A DNA stretch of 63,730 nt, counting the filler, from Craspedostauros australis (lineage: Eukaryota), in the NCBI GenBank assembly GCA_030167865.1. It is 11 parts of 11 records of this genome, joined end to end, with 100 filler letters (N's around TTAATTAATTAA, not from the genome) between each part and the next. Parts side by side here need not be neighbours in the genome. Positions count along the whole stretch, not along the records: positions 1 to 4,776 come from JALAGF010002345.1; positions 4,877 to 19,565 come from JALAGF010002346.1; 9 more parts are not named here. The stretch is one strand, 5' to 3'. The notes below the pieces were generated by a model. The model was given only the letters and a program-made list of their open reading frames with translations, was not told the DNA's origin and ran no database searches. The number at the start of each line of letters is the position of its first letter. Position 1 is the first letter of the stretch. Made by a program: the position numbers and the translations under genes. Below, piece by piece: positions 1-11,159 of the stretch.

Positions 1-1308
1 AGACTTCCCAGACGAACGTGTTTGCACACGGTGGCCAACATTGGACGTCGCGGTAGTGGGATCACCTCTGATGGTACGGGCAAGGGCCGACACGTGTAGG
101 TGAGGAGGCACGCGCTTGTTGCCTGGCACCAGGGACAGAGACGTGATATGGTGTTCCACAGGCATGTGGTGGGAGCGAAGACCTTCAAGAAACCGGCGGG
201 AGAGCTCCACATCAGTGATCGTGCGACGGTGAACGACGCTCTCAGTTTGTTGGAACTCCAACAACGCCGTGGCGAACTTGATGACATCCTGCGAATCGCC
301 ATACTCAGGCGCTTGGCTCACGGTGTTGGCAACACGCATGTACGCGTCGGAGAGCACTTGATGAAGGAAAAGGAAGGACGACAAGTGATGTGGCGACATG
401 CCAAAAGTCCCAGAATAGAATAGGGAGATGGCAGGGTCGCTCAGATCGAGGATGTCCTTCTGTTGCAATTTCTTGTTCAGCCACTCGCCGGCGCGGACGA
501 CACGCTCGCGTGAAGCGTTGCGCGGGATGATGGAGCACTGAGGACTGAACGCGGAAAGCGGACAGATGTGGATGTCCACACCAGCAGCCTCGGCTTGGAG
601 CTGTGTGTACCACTTGAGTACTCCAGCGGGCGCGTCCCCAGCAAGCTTCAGTTCCCAGCGTTGCCAGTAGCCAATGGCGGCATACGAGGGCTCCGTGACC
701 ATGGGAACCTCCTCGAAGTGAAAATGAGGGAGAGTGGCAGGGTTGTTGCGTGCCATGGCGTAGGTAAGGCCAGAGCCGGTGATGAAGTCGACGGCAGGCG
801 CTGGTTCTTCACCAACATCAAGAGGAGCATCGCTGGTGCCAACACCACGGCCTGCGGTTGCGACGGGCGTGTCACCGCGGGGTGTAGATACATCACCATG
901 TTCGGAGGGATGGGCATCGTCGGTGGTACCGCCAGACGCAAGGGCACCAGAGGCACCATGGTCTTCAGGGGGAGTCTTGTCGCGAACTGCGGGAGGCTTT
1001 TGGGCCTTGCCGAATGCGCGGAGTACGGGGCGTTCCAGTGTGGTGAACCACGCGTCGAAATCAGGGTTCGCTTCCGCGTATGCACGAAGATTGCGGAGCC
1101 CGAAACAACGAGTGATGGATCCAGACTTCCAGCCGTCCAAGACAGCCTCGAACTCCTCTGTAGAGGTATCGAGGAAGTCAGCGAACTCACCGTCAGAGGC
1201 GATTTTGGAATGCTTGGAGAAGTCAGCGAGCCATGTCCAATTGAGGCGACGGAAGAGTTCCTCCGTGTCGTGGAACGGGGTTTTGTCGGGGTCGTCACCC
1301 GTGGGCAT
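1..1308 (-). CDS. gag-like ORF of the LTR element (3' end runs off the window)
   Basis: ATG at 1308, same frame as the 451-aa ORF 4829..6184. It lies directly downstream of LTR and primer site. Gag identity is inferred from position only. Confidence 0.6.
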   Translation of the reverse strand, partial: MPTGDDPDKTPFHDTEELFRRLNWTWLADFSKHSKIASDGEFADFLDTSTEEFEAVLDGWKSGSITRCFGLRNLRAYAEANPDFDAWFTTLERPVLRAFGKAQKPPAVRDKTPPEDHGASGALASGGTTDDAHPSEHGDVSTPRGDTPVATAGRGVGTSDAPLDVGEEPAPAVDFITGSGLTYAMARNNPATLPHFHFEEVPMVTEPSYAAIGYWQRWELKLAGDAPAGVLKWYTQLQAEAAGVDIHICPLSAFSPQCSIIPRNASRERVVRAGEWLNKKLQQKDILDLSDPAISLFYSGTFGMSPHHLSSFLFLHQVLSDAYMRVANTVSQAPEYGDSQDVIKFATALLEFQQTESVVHRRTITDVELSRRFLEGLRSHHMPVEHHITSLSLVPGNKRVPPHLHVSALARTIRGDPTTATSNVGHRVQTRSSGKS

Positions 1309-1427
1309 GATGTCGATGATGGAACGAGGCGTGGAGCAAAGAGAGAGACGAGATGAGCTGCGTTTGGATGGGGATTTCCAAAATACAGAGAGGGTGACGA
1401 AGCAATGGGGATTGTCTTATATAGTAT

Positions 1428-1447
1428 AAGCGTATTTCCTCATAACC
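1428..1447 (-). promoter_or_regulatory. putative primer-binding site complementary to the tRNAiMet anticodon-arm fragment
   Basis: The minus strand reads GGTTATGAG-GAAAT-ACGCTT immediately after the LTR-terminal CA. This resembles the GGTTATG half-tRNA primer sites of copia/Ty5. Confidence 0.6.
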
Positions 1448-1585
1448 TGTGATGATCGGGAGACGATACGAGTAGTGTGTGTGTGTGTGATGTGAAGTTA
1501 TTATGACTCGTCTCTGTTGTCTCTGCTGAGGCTGTGAACAGGGGTTCATTTGCTGCTCCGTCTGGCCTTCGACCGTATACCAACA
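1448..1585 (-). repeat. 5' LTR, 138 bp, TG...CA, with an internal (CA)n tract
   Basis: TGTTGG start, ATCACA end, followed by the primer site. Matches 6324..6463. Confidence 0.75.
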
Positions 1586-4500
1586 ACATCAATGTGTTTG
1601 GTCCTGACTCCAACCTGCTGGTTCCTGGTCATGAAGATTGCGCCAGTATTGTCTGCATGCAGCACAATGTCCGTATCCAGACCAGTCATCTCGTCCAAGA
1701 GCATCTTCACGAATTTGCACTCCGTGGCACAGAGCGCCATGGACACGTACTCTGCTTCTGTGCTCGACAAAGTCACACTCTTCTGTGTCTTCGATTGCCA
1801 GCTCACCAGACAACCGCCAACTGTCACGATGTGTCCGGATATGCTTCGACGATTGTCCTTGTTGGTTGCGTAGTCCGAGTCGCTCCAGGCTTCGACGATC
1901 ATCTCCTTCGGCTTGCGCAGCTTGATTGCGTACTTTCCTTCCTTCGCGATCTCTGCTTCAATGTAGCCGATGACCCTTGCCATTGCTTTCCAATGAGCCT
2001 CAGTTGGGTGCTCCAGATGGGATGCAAGATCTCTGATTGCATTCGCACACTCTGGTCCAACCTTCTTCATCATCCACAAGAGCTTGCCCACAATGGAACG
2101 ATATCCCTTTCGATTCACTTCTGGATCTCCTTCCTTCGCTTTCTCAAGCGTGGTGGACGGGTATGCAGGTGTTTCAAAGAATCTGACTTGCTTGCCATGA
2201 TGCGATTTGAACTCCGCAATCATCTGGCCTACAAAGTCATCCATGTTCACCTCCAGGCACTTCCCATCCGAGTCTGTCAACTTTCGATACCAGACTCCGA
2301 GATGCTTCGTGAGTTCACCGAGATCCGTGATGTTGAATTTCTTTGCAATCTCCATCTTCACCCATTCCACGATATCCTCTTCTCCTCCGATGGCTGCATC
2401 ATCGACGTACACAATGACCAAAGCTGCCACCCGTCCGTTGCGTTTGAGAGTGAACAGACATGGGTCTGCGAGGCTCTTGTCGAATCCGATCTGCACCAGA
2501 GCAATGGTAAACGTCTTCATCCATGCTCTTGGTGCTTGCACCGTCCCGTACACTGCTTTCAGCAGTCTCGCCACGTGTTCAGATCTGTATCTGGAGTTGT
2601 CCTTGCCTTCGAGATCTCCGTCCAGGAACCCTTCCGGAATCTCCACGTACACTTCCTCTTCGATGTGCGCGTTCAGGAAAGCTGCCTCCACGTCCAATGC
2701 TTCGATCACCCATCCAGGATTCGCCAGGCACACTGCGAGCATCGTCCGGATCGTCGTGTCACTCGCCACAGGTGAGAAAGACTCCGTGAAATCAACTCCA
2801 GGAATCTGCTCATAGCCCTTCACCACCAATCTGGCTTTGTATCGAGTCGACCCATCCTGTTCCAGCTTCTTCACAAAGATCCATCTGGATTGCAAAGCGA
2901 TCCTTCCATCCCCCATCCTCTTGCGATCCATGATGGCCAGGCAATCGCGAATCCGAAAATTCTCGACCTCCTTCATCGCTGCCTTCTTCCACTCCTCGCA
3001 GTCGGGTCTGGACAGCGCTTCGCCAAGGGTCTTTGGCAGTCCAGGGTCGGAAGTCAAGGATGCATTGAACACAGCCAGGATCTTTCCATGTTTGAATCTG
3101 GTGTTGGGTTTGCCATCATCGATGTCGTCGACTGTCATTGGCTGCCAGGTCGCCAGCCTTGCGCGCTCTCGATCCAGCTTTGTGCGTGGTTCTGCCTTGG
3201 CTCGTGGTGGAATCACAGGTTGCTCATCCAAATCGACGGAGATCATGTCATCATCTTCCTTGGCTTCACTCTCATCGCTAACCAGCGGTCCTCCAGCATC
3301 GAGTAAGATGTCATACATGTTGTCCATGTCGCCATCACCGACCTCTTTATCGATGTCAAAGGTCTTGCCTTGGATGACTTCTTCGTCGTCGTCTGAGGGA
3401 ATAACGTGGGGTATACCTTTGATCGACACCTCCTTGGCCCGTTTGGCGCCGCCCGTCACTCTGATCCCATCCATCTCACGCAAGATCGATTTCGGTTTTG
3501 TCTTCGACTTCACCGGAGATTCCAATGTCACCGCTTTCGTCGCGCCCTTCGTCGCATCGATGATATCCACTCCATCGGTCAGGTTCGATCCATGCCACTC
3601 CATCCAGTTTACATCTCTGGACAAGATCACCTTCTTTGTGTCCAGTTTGTACATCCTGTAGGTGTCGCCGGAATGGTTGTCGGCGTATCCGATCATCACT
3701 GCCTTGGTTGCTTTCGGACTCATCTTCGGTTGCTTCGTAGGGTCCTTGACGTACGCAATCCTTGCCCACTCTGTCAGGTTCTGGTAAAGCCTGGGAGTCT
3801 GCCCATAGAAGATTTCATCTGGACATCCCTTGCCTTTCTCCACCACAGTCAGGTTGTTGAGGCGGGTTGCTGTGTGAACGGCCTCCGCCCACAGCATTCC
3901 CTGTGATTCTGACGTCATCTTCGCATCCAGCATCAAAGCCAGCGCCGAGTCTCGAATCGTAACAAAACCTCGCTCCACGACTCCATTCATCTGTGGGGTG
4001 TGGGGTGCGGTGTATTCCAGCTCGATCCCATGCTCGTCACAAATCCTCATCAGCTTGCTCTGGTTCTCTCCAGCGTTGTCGCACCGAATTGCATTCACCT
4101 TCAGTCCCGTTCCGTCTAGCTTCACTACCAACTCTTTCACCTTCGCGGCCAGCTGGCTCTTTGCCTTGAGGAAATAACTCCACTTCTTTCTGGAGAACTC
4201 ATCCACCACTAGCAACCAATAGTTGCTTCCCTTCGCCGTCTTTTTGTACGGTCCGGAGATGTCCAGAAAGAGGCGATCAGCCACCTTGGAGGCCTTCTCC
4301 ATCGCCATCTTCCTTACTCCTTTGGCCTTGGCTTTTGCCATGGCGCATGCTTCGCAGGACTTCCACACTCCAGTGAGCTTCCATCCGGCTGCCGCTGCCG
4401 TTAGCTTGGTGTACCGCTCGTTGGGATGCCCCAAGATACGATGCGCGCGATTGATGTCCATCACCGTCTTCCTCGCACTATCTCCTTTCTTCTCCGCCTG

Positions 4501-4776
4501 CATCACCGCTCTGGCTAGTTTTGGTTGCGGCTTGCACTTCAGGAAGTAGAGATCTGCTTCTCCATGTCCTGGTTCCCTGTGGAAGATCATTTGGTTCTTC
4601 ATGTCTGAATGGCCGATCTCGATGGTATCCCGCCTGCCCCGTATCTCACATCCTTTCTCCAGGAATATGGGAATACTGATGATGTTGTGGGCGAATCCTG
4701 GCACCACATACACCGTCTTCAGGACGAACTTGGTTCCTTCCACCGTCTCACCATGGAATTCTCCCACATGAGTTGG
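1586..4776 (-). mobile_element. pol: Ty1/copia pol polyprotein (GAG-pre-integrase, integrase, RT, RNase H), interrupted at the RNase H C-terminus
   Basis: ORF 1546..4767 has HRILGH..CEAC, FLDISGP, IRCDNAGE, NGVVER, KARLVVKG, YVDD, SDSDYA, SSTEAEY and RTKHIDV in INT-RT-RH order. Confidence 0.95.
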
Positions 4777-4876
4777 NNNNNNNNNNNNNNNNNNNNNNNN
4801 NNNNNNNNNNNNNNNNNNNNTTAATTAATTAANNNNNNNNNNNNNNNNNNNNNNNNNNNNNNNNNNNNNNNNNNNN
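4777..4876. other. artificial contig spacer N44-TTAATTAATTAA-N44 (also at 19566, 21648, 26194, 28853, 45395, 48047, 54538, 60311, 62314)
   Basis: Ten identical 100-nt blocks with stop codons in all six frames. Confidence 0.97.
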
Positions 4877-6184
4877 AGACTTCCCAGACGAACGTGTTTG
4901 CACACGGTGGCCAACATTGGACGTCGCGGTAGTGGGATCACCTCTGATGGTACGGGCAAGGGCCGACACGTGTAGGTGAGGAGGCACGCGCTTGTTGCCT
5001 GGCACCAGGGACAGAGACGTGATATGGTGTTCCACAGGCATGTGGTGGGAGCGAAGACCTTCAAGAAACCGGCGGGAGAGCTCCACATCAGTGATCGTGC
5101 GACGGTGAACGACGCTCTCAGTTTGTTGGAACTCCAACAACGCCGTGGCGAACTTGATGACATCCTGCGAATCGCCATACTCAGGCGCTTGGCTCACGGT
5201 GTTGGCAACACGCATGTACGCGTCGGAGAGCACTTGATGAAGGAAAAGGAAGGACGACAAGTGATGTGGCGACATGCCAAAAGTCCCAGAATAGAATAGG
5301 GAGATGGCAGGGTCGCTCAGATCGAGGATGTCCTTCTGTTGCAACTTCTTGTTCAGCCACTCGCCGGCGCGGACGACACGCTCACGTGAAGCGTTGCGCG
5401 GGATGATGGAGCACTGAGGACTGAACGTGGAAAGCGGACAGATGTGGATGTCCACACCAGCAGCCTCGGCTTGGAGCTGTGTGTACCACTTGAGCACTCC
5501 AGCGGGCGCGTCCCCAGCAAGCTTCAGTTCCCAGCGTTGCCAGTAGCCAATGGCGGCATACGAGGGCTCCGTGACCATGGGAACCTCCTCGAAGTGAAAA
5601 TGAGGGAGAGTGGCAGGGTTGTTGCGTGCCATGGCGTAGGTAAGGCCAGAGCCGGTGATGAAGTCGACGGCAGGCGCTGGCTCCTCACCAACATCAAGAG
5701 GAGCATCGCTGGTGCCAACACCACGGCCTGCGGTTGCGACGGGCGTGTCACCGCGGGGTGTAGCGGCATCACCATGTTCGGAGGGACGGGCATCGTCGGT
5801 GGTACCGCCAGACGCAAGGGCACCAGAGGCACCATGGTCTTCAGGGGAAGTCTTGTCGCGAACCGCGGGAGGCTTTTGGGCCTTGCCGAATGCGCGGAGT
5901 ACGGGGCGTTCCAGTGTGGTGAACCACGCGTCGAAATCAGGGTTCGCTTCCGCGTATGCACGAAGATTGCGGAGCCCGAAACAACGAGTGATGGATCCAG
6001 ACTTCCAGCCGTCCAAGACAGCCTCGAACTCCTCTGTAGAGGTATCGAGGAAGTCAGCGAACTCACCGTCAGAGGTGATTTTGGAATGCTTGGAGAAGTC
6101 AGCGAGCCATGTCCAATTGAGGCGACGGAAGAGTTCCTCCGTGTCGTGGAACGGAGTTTTGTCGGGGTCGTCACTCGTGGGCAT
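4877..6184 (-). CDS. gag-like ORF of the LTR element (3' truncated by contig end)
   Basis: Open frame of more than 430 codons starting about 140 nt inside the LTR boundary and conserved between the two copies. Confidence 0.65.
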
Positions 6185-6463
6185 GATGTCGATGATGGAA
6201 CGAGGCGTGGAGCAAAGAGAGAGATGAGATGAGCTGCGTTTGGATGGGGATTTCCAAAATACAGAGAGGGTGACGAAGCAATGGGGATTGTCTTATATAG
6301 TATAAGCGTATTTCCTCATAACCTGTGATGATCGGGAGACGATACGAGTAGTGTGTGTGTGTGTGTGATGTGAAGTTATTATGACTCGTCTCTGTTGTCT
6401 CTGCTGAGGCTGTGAACAGGGGTTCATTTGCTGCTCCGTCTGGCCTTCGACCGTATACCAACA
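4877..6463 (-). mobile_element. 5' end of the short-LTR retrotransposon (copy 2): LTR 6324..6463, primer site 6304..6323
   Basis: Near-identical to 1..1585 with a different flank after CCAACA and one extra TG unit in the LTR microsatellite. Confidence 0.85.
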
Positions 6464-7189
6464 CTACAACTTTAAGACTGAGGTCGGGAAAATTGGATCC
6501 AAAATCTGTAACCAATTGTAACCAATTTTTGGGGTCCGGTTCTTTGAGGCACTTGATCACATCCTTCTGGTTCTGGTTTGGTTCCATTTCGCCAACAGGA
6601 CTTTTCCGCATCTCCGGAGGCCCATAACACTGAAAGCACAAACTTAAAGAGAGCAAGGAAGGCTACAACAGATCAACACAATGGAGACCGCGATGATTAG
6701 GTTGCATGACTATGTGCTTTGCTGTGTTGTTATCCGAAAAAGGTGACATCGCTCAGGACAAATGGTTGATCGACCCGCATCCAAGGCTCAGAATAAAGAT
6801 TGGGGTATGGAGCTTTCGCTTGTGGGGCAGAGTCCCAAACTCTACTCTGCCTTTTGGGGAGAGCGGAGTTGTACCACTTCTGCTAGCGGACCCTCGCTGA
6901 GTACACACTACGATTATTGGTATTCGGACCGAAGCAACTTTTCTATTACACATTCGATATGTGGAGAGCGAGAGACCAATGCTGAGACCTGCTTCTGCGG
7001 GAGTACCCACGCCTCATCTTCGTCTATGTGCTTCTTCGTCATCATCCGTCCTGGTGCGCTTGACCCCGAATCGTTCGGCCCTCATCGCCATCGCTATCAT
7101 TGTCCATTTCAAAGCCTCTTCTACTCGTAGCTCGTACGGTGATCCTGGCGTTGGCGTTTACGTCGGCGCCGGTGTTGCTGGTCTATGCT

Positions 7190-10100
7190 TTATTCTTCTC
7201 TTCCTCCTCCTCCTCCTTGCCTCGGGGGGCTTCTCCGCCTTGGTTCATCCGGTTCCCGTCCTCCCTTGCTGTCGCTTCTCGGCCGTCTTGCCTGTCTCGG
7301 TCCCGGTTTCGAACTTGGCCGTGGGCGTCGGGCTGTTGGTGGTGCATCAGCGCGCTCGTCTCGTTGGGGTGATCTCCCATCTTCCTGTTCCAGGCGCCTT
7401 CGGCGACGTTGTCCCGATGGCGGAGGCTGCTGCTTCCGCAGTCTCTGCCGAGGGCGATCTCGTGCCTCTCCAGACCGGGGCTCCCGCTGTCGCCAAGACG
7501 GCTGCTCTTGTTCTTTCTTTTTCTGTCGGCGTTGGTCACGACGCTCAAGTTCGTAACGGCTCGGCGGAACGACCAAGGAATCACCGATCCCATTGTTCAA
7601 CGTCCATAGCCATTTCTTGTACAGATTCGTTCGCCACTGGCCTTCTTGCCTCACGGTGTCCGCCCAGTCCCGGCCCAGAATGCGCAACCGGAGGTCCTCC
7701 TCGCTCTTCAGCAAGCTGCGGAATGAATCCATGCCAGGCCAGAAGTTCTCAGGCTTTGGAGGATCGCTCGATGTGTCAACTTCGGAGATTCTTGAAGGAC
7801 GTTGTCGTCTGGCACGGCCACTGCGATTATCGCTTTTGTCGTCCATGCCCTCCTCGACGTCACTGTCACGATACACGCGCTGCTGCCGGGCATTGTAAAT
7901 CCGCCTCTTTGGTCCACCCGATTGTCGCTCTCCACGTCCATCGCGATCTTGCCAGCGGTTGGATGGTGCAGCATTTCGTTCTCTTCTGCGCTGCCTCGTC
8001 GCGTCATTATCCGCATTGATACCTTGCTTGTTCGATCGTCGGCTAGCAACACCGTCGTCCTCGGATTGTGCCTTGCGGTCACTTTCTCCTTTCTTTCCCA
8101 TTCTACTGTTTGCATTTGGTGACCACTTTGACGCGGCAGCTGCATCACCGTCCTCGTCGGCATTTCTCTGTGTTTCCAAGTCTCTGTAGCGCTGCACGTC
8201 GTAAACATCGTCTTCGTCGTCATCGCGCAGCGAGCTCCGTGATACCTGTTGCGATTCCGAAACGGCGCTTGGTGAGCTTGAGGCTGATATGTTCTCGCGT
8301 TTGTTGCCGGTCGATTTGGCTCGGACGCTCTGACGACGCCGTTCCTCCGTCGTGGTGTATTCTTGCATCAGTGTTTTCACCTGGTCGGCTGAGACGATTC
8401 GAATCCTTCGCTCCATCGGCACCGAATCTAATTTGTCTCTGGGAATCTTCCATTGCGTCGGCACTCCAAATCGCGGCCGCTTGATTCCATCGCTGATCAC
8501 CACGGCGACGGCATCGCATTCCATCTCCAACAATTCGTCCGCCCGGTATCCCAGTTCGGTCATGTTTGCAACAGGGATGGATTGGAGTCGATCGCCGACG
8601 TCCACGTACAGCATAACTGCTTCTGCGGATGCTTCATCCGACACTGGCACGGTGTCAGTTGCATCGCTGTCGATGACTTTGGAAGTCTTGGTTTTGACCG
8701 CTTTGATCGCTTGGACCGTGTTGATGGTCTTCGCTGCAGACGTAGAAGCAGAAGGCGAGGCCGTTGCATTCTTGCTGACAACATCAGTTACAGTATGCTT
8801 GGCGTCAGTATCATCGGGTACGACCTTGTCATTGCCTTGTTGCGATACTTGTTGATTCGCCTTTGATTTTTGGTCTGCATCTTGCTCACCGATCTCCACG
8901 GTTGATGGTTTTGACGTGGATGCTGTCGTTGGCGGCGGTGTTTTGACGGCAGTTTTCGCTCCCAACATGACGCTAGCGGAAGCCGTAGGTGCCAAATCCT
9001 CGGTTCGTGCATCTTCTTGTGCGTTGGCGCTTTTGGGGGATTCAGTTCGCACCGCAGCTGTGCGCTCTTCAATGTTGCTGATTCCAGTTTTGCTGATGCT
9101 GGTGTCGATGCTTGTCGCGGTAAGAGCAGTGCTGTTTGCGTTGTCTGCTGTTGCCTCCTCTGCCAATACCAGTTCTGCATTCGTCGGTGATTGTCGATCG
9201 GCCTTGGTCGCAATGCGTGCATTTTCTTTCTGTCCATCGGTATCGCCCACATGGCCATCGTGTTTATCCATGGTCACCTCACTTTTTGCTTCCACACCCG
9301 CATCATCCACCGCATCCAAAATAGCCTTGACCTCTACGCGTTGGTCTCGCAGCTCTTCCAGCAAGGTTGCCAGCTGATCGGAACTTTGCGTGCTGTCTAC
9401 CAAGTTGGCAAACATGTTCTCATCGTGCGATGCACCAGCCGAATTATCACTCAGGATTTGCGATGCTTCTTTTGCCTGGTCATTGCCTGTTGTTAACGTG
9501 GACGAGACCGATGGCTGAGGTTGCGACCCGGAGGAACGTCCTGCTTTTGCCTTTGCTTCGCTCATCGTCTTGTCTTTGTCTTTGCCTTCGTTATCAGGAT
9601 CCGACTCTGCATTGCCCTTCTCCTCATTCAATTCAACGGAAACGAGCGTGATGAGATCAGACACCGTGCCAAGCTCATTGGATGCGCCGGCCTTTGCAGT
9701 AATGGCATCTTGGCTTTCGCTCTCATCGCCACCAGCGGGGTTCTCCATCACGGATGAATTGGTGTCGACGGAGGCAGTTGTACTAGTGTTGGATGCAGTG
9801 ACTGACTGGATCTCAGGCGTTGACTGATTCTTTTCATCCGACACCTCGTTCGAAGTGCTGCTGTCTTCATTGTGGTTTGCATTGTTCTGTTCATCATTCT
9901 GTCCTTCCTTCCACAATGCGGCCAACTTCACAGCCTTGGCATGCTCCTCAATGTGCGCGGCCATGTCTTGCGGCAACGCCGATCGCAGCATCACGCGTTC
10001 AGTGAACTCCGCGCCAAGCGTATCCACGACAAACTCTGAGTACCATGCGGGGTCCTCGTCGAACACCAGCTGATGCAACGACGATTGTGTCGATGGCGTG

Positions 10101-10429
10101 GCATCGGTCGATGAGGCCAATTGGGTCCGCGGTGTGCTCATTGTGATGGCATGTGGTGATCGATCCGTCCGAACAAGAGAGTCGAGAGCCCGTCTCGCAA
10201 TGGCCTGATTGCTTGCGCTCCGATCGGCATTGGCCGAATTGAGAGATGGATTCGACGGCCTCACGAATGCGAGACGGCCTTGGATGGAGTGTTGCGAAGA
10301 CCGTGCCGATGTGGATGGGTGGCTTGCACCAAGCACAGTCAGTGTTGAAATGACGAGGTGTTGCACCCACAGGGCTGCAATCACGAGCCTTGATGGGTAC
10401 GCATTCGTCGACCACATCTTGATGCGCAC
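7190..10429 (-). CDS. hypothetical 1079-aa protein: hydrophobic N-terminal leader, long S/T/A/D-rich disordered region, short ordered blocks, R-rich tail
   Basis: Long uninterrupted ORF with Trp-containing blocks WYSEFVVDTLG and FWPGMDSFRSLL..RILGRDWAD..W..LYKKWL. Confidence 0.8.
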   Translation of the reverse strand: MRIKMWSTNAYPSRLVIAALWVQHLVISTLTVLGASHPSTSARSSQHSIQGRLAFVRPSNPSLNSANADRSASNQAIARRALDSLVRTDRSPHAITMSTPRTQLASSTDATPSTQSSLHQLVFDEDPAWYSEFVVDTLGAEFTERVMLRSALPQDMAAHIEEHAKAVKLAALWKEGQNDEQNNANHNEDSSTSNEVSDEKNQSTPEIQSVTASNTSTTASVDTNSSVMENPAGGDESESQDAITAKAGASNELGTVSDLITLVSVELNEEKGNAESDPDNEGKDKDKTMSEAKAKAGRSSGSQPQPSVSSTLTTGNDQAKEASQILSDNSAGASHDENMFANLVDSTQSSDQLATLLEELRDQRVEVKAILDAVDDAGVEAKSEVTMDKHDGHVGDTDGQKENARIATKADRQSPTNAELVLAEEATADNANSTALTATSIDTSISKTGISNIEERTAAVRTESPKSANAQEDARTEDLAPTASASVMLGAKTAVKTPPPTTASTSKPSTVEIGEQDADQKSKANQQVSQQGNDKVVPDDTDAKHTVTDVVSKNATASPSASTSAAKTINTVQAIKAVKTKTSKVIDSDATDTVPVSDEASAEAVMLYVDVGDRLQSIPVANMTELGYRADELLEMECDAVAVVISDGIKRPRFGVPTQWKIPRDKLDSVPMERRIRIVSADQVKTLMQEYTTTEERRRQSVRAKSTGNKRENISASSSPSAVSESQQVSRSSLRDDDEDDVYDVQRYRDLETQRNADEDGDAAAASKWSPNANSRMGKKGESDRKAQSEDDGVASRRSNKQGINADNDATRQRRRERNAAPSNRWQDRDGRGERQSGGPKRRIYNARQQRVYRDSDVEEGMDDKSDNRSGRARRQRPSRISEVDTSSDPPKPENFWPGMDSFRSLLKSEEDLRLRILGRDWADTVRQEGQWRTNLYKKWLWTLNNGIGDSLVVPPSRYELERRDQRRQKKKEQEQPSWRQREPRSGEARDRPRQRLRKQQPPPSGQRRRRRLEQEDGRSPQRDERADAPPTARRPRPSSKPGPRQARRPRSDSKGGREPDEPRRRSPPRQGGGGGREE

Positions 10430-11159
10430 GCCGGCTTCGCGGAGTGGAATGGAATGGACCAGGCGCTCTGATGCTTGGATGACGATATGTGGACTACAGC
10501 ATGTAAGTATAGTGGTGCGATGCTGGTGAGCTGGATGTTGGACGATCAGCGCCTCCTCAACGACCAGTCCTACTCCTCTTCGGCTTGCCCAACTTCCTCC
10601 AGCGGGAGCGATGGAAGAGAGAGAACGGAGAGGAGTGGTGCGGTTGTTCTTTGGTGTGGATCATCTTTGGTTGGTTTTGCGTCCTCCTTGTGGAGATACC
10701 AATCTTGTGATGCAAATCGTGTCACGTCTGCGACACGCGGAAGAAGCGTGGATTCCACGTGGAATTTGTTTTAGTCCATGTGGTCAAAAACGTGGATGTC
10801 TGAACATGATCATTTCGTTATCCTCGAAACGTGTTTAGGTCGCCCAATGTCACGAATTGTCTTTGTTCGTTTTGTTCGCCTTGGTGTGGTTGCGAACGTG
10901 CAGAACGGAGAAGCGCCATCCTCGCGAAAAACTTGGCGAAGCGCGCCGATGCGGAACATCACAGCAAATGGAGAGGGGCACAACGACGCGCCTCTTTGGG
11001 GGATCCAATCGCAACCAGAACGAATCCACAGCCATCATACTCGACCAAGAAAGCAGCAGATAGAACGAGAAGGAAGGGGGCGCTCCAACCGCACACCAAA
11101 AGAGAACCAGAGCATAGCATAATACTCGTGGAATCTCCGTCTCCATCCGTCGGAACCGC

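Larger units (their letters stand above)
1..1585 (-). mobile_element. 5' end of a short-LTR retrotransposon (copy 1): LTR, primer site and gag-like ORF
   Basis: Near-identical to 4877..6463. The shared sequence ends exactly at CCAACA (TGTTGG on the minus strand), after which the flanks differ. Confidence 0.85.

Noticed and set aside
100..1429. Plus-strand ORFs (262 aa, 216 aa, and equivalents at 5444..6232)
   Set aside because: They are antisense shadows of the gag-like ORF in GC-rich sequence and have no motifs.
1534..3906. Long plus-strand ORFs (413, 274, 202 aa)
   Set aside because: They are antisense to the copia pol gene.
4821..4832. TTAATTAATTAA as a piggyBac TTAA site or biological palindrome
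   Set aside because: It is always centred in identical N runs, so it is an artificial linker.
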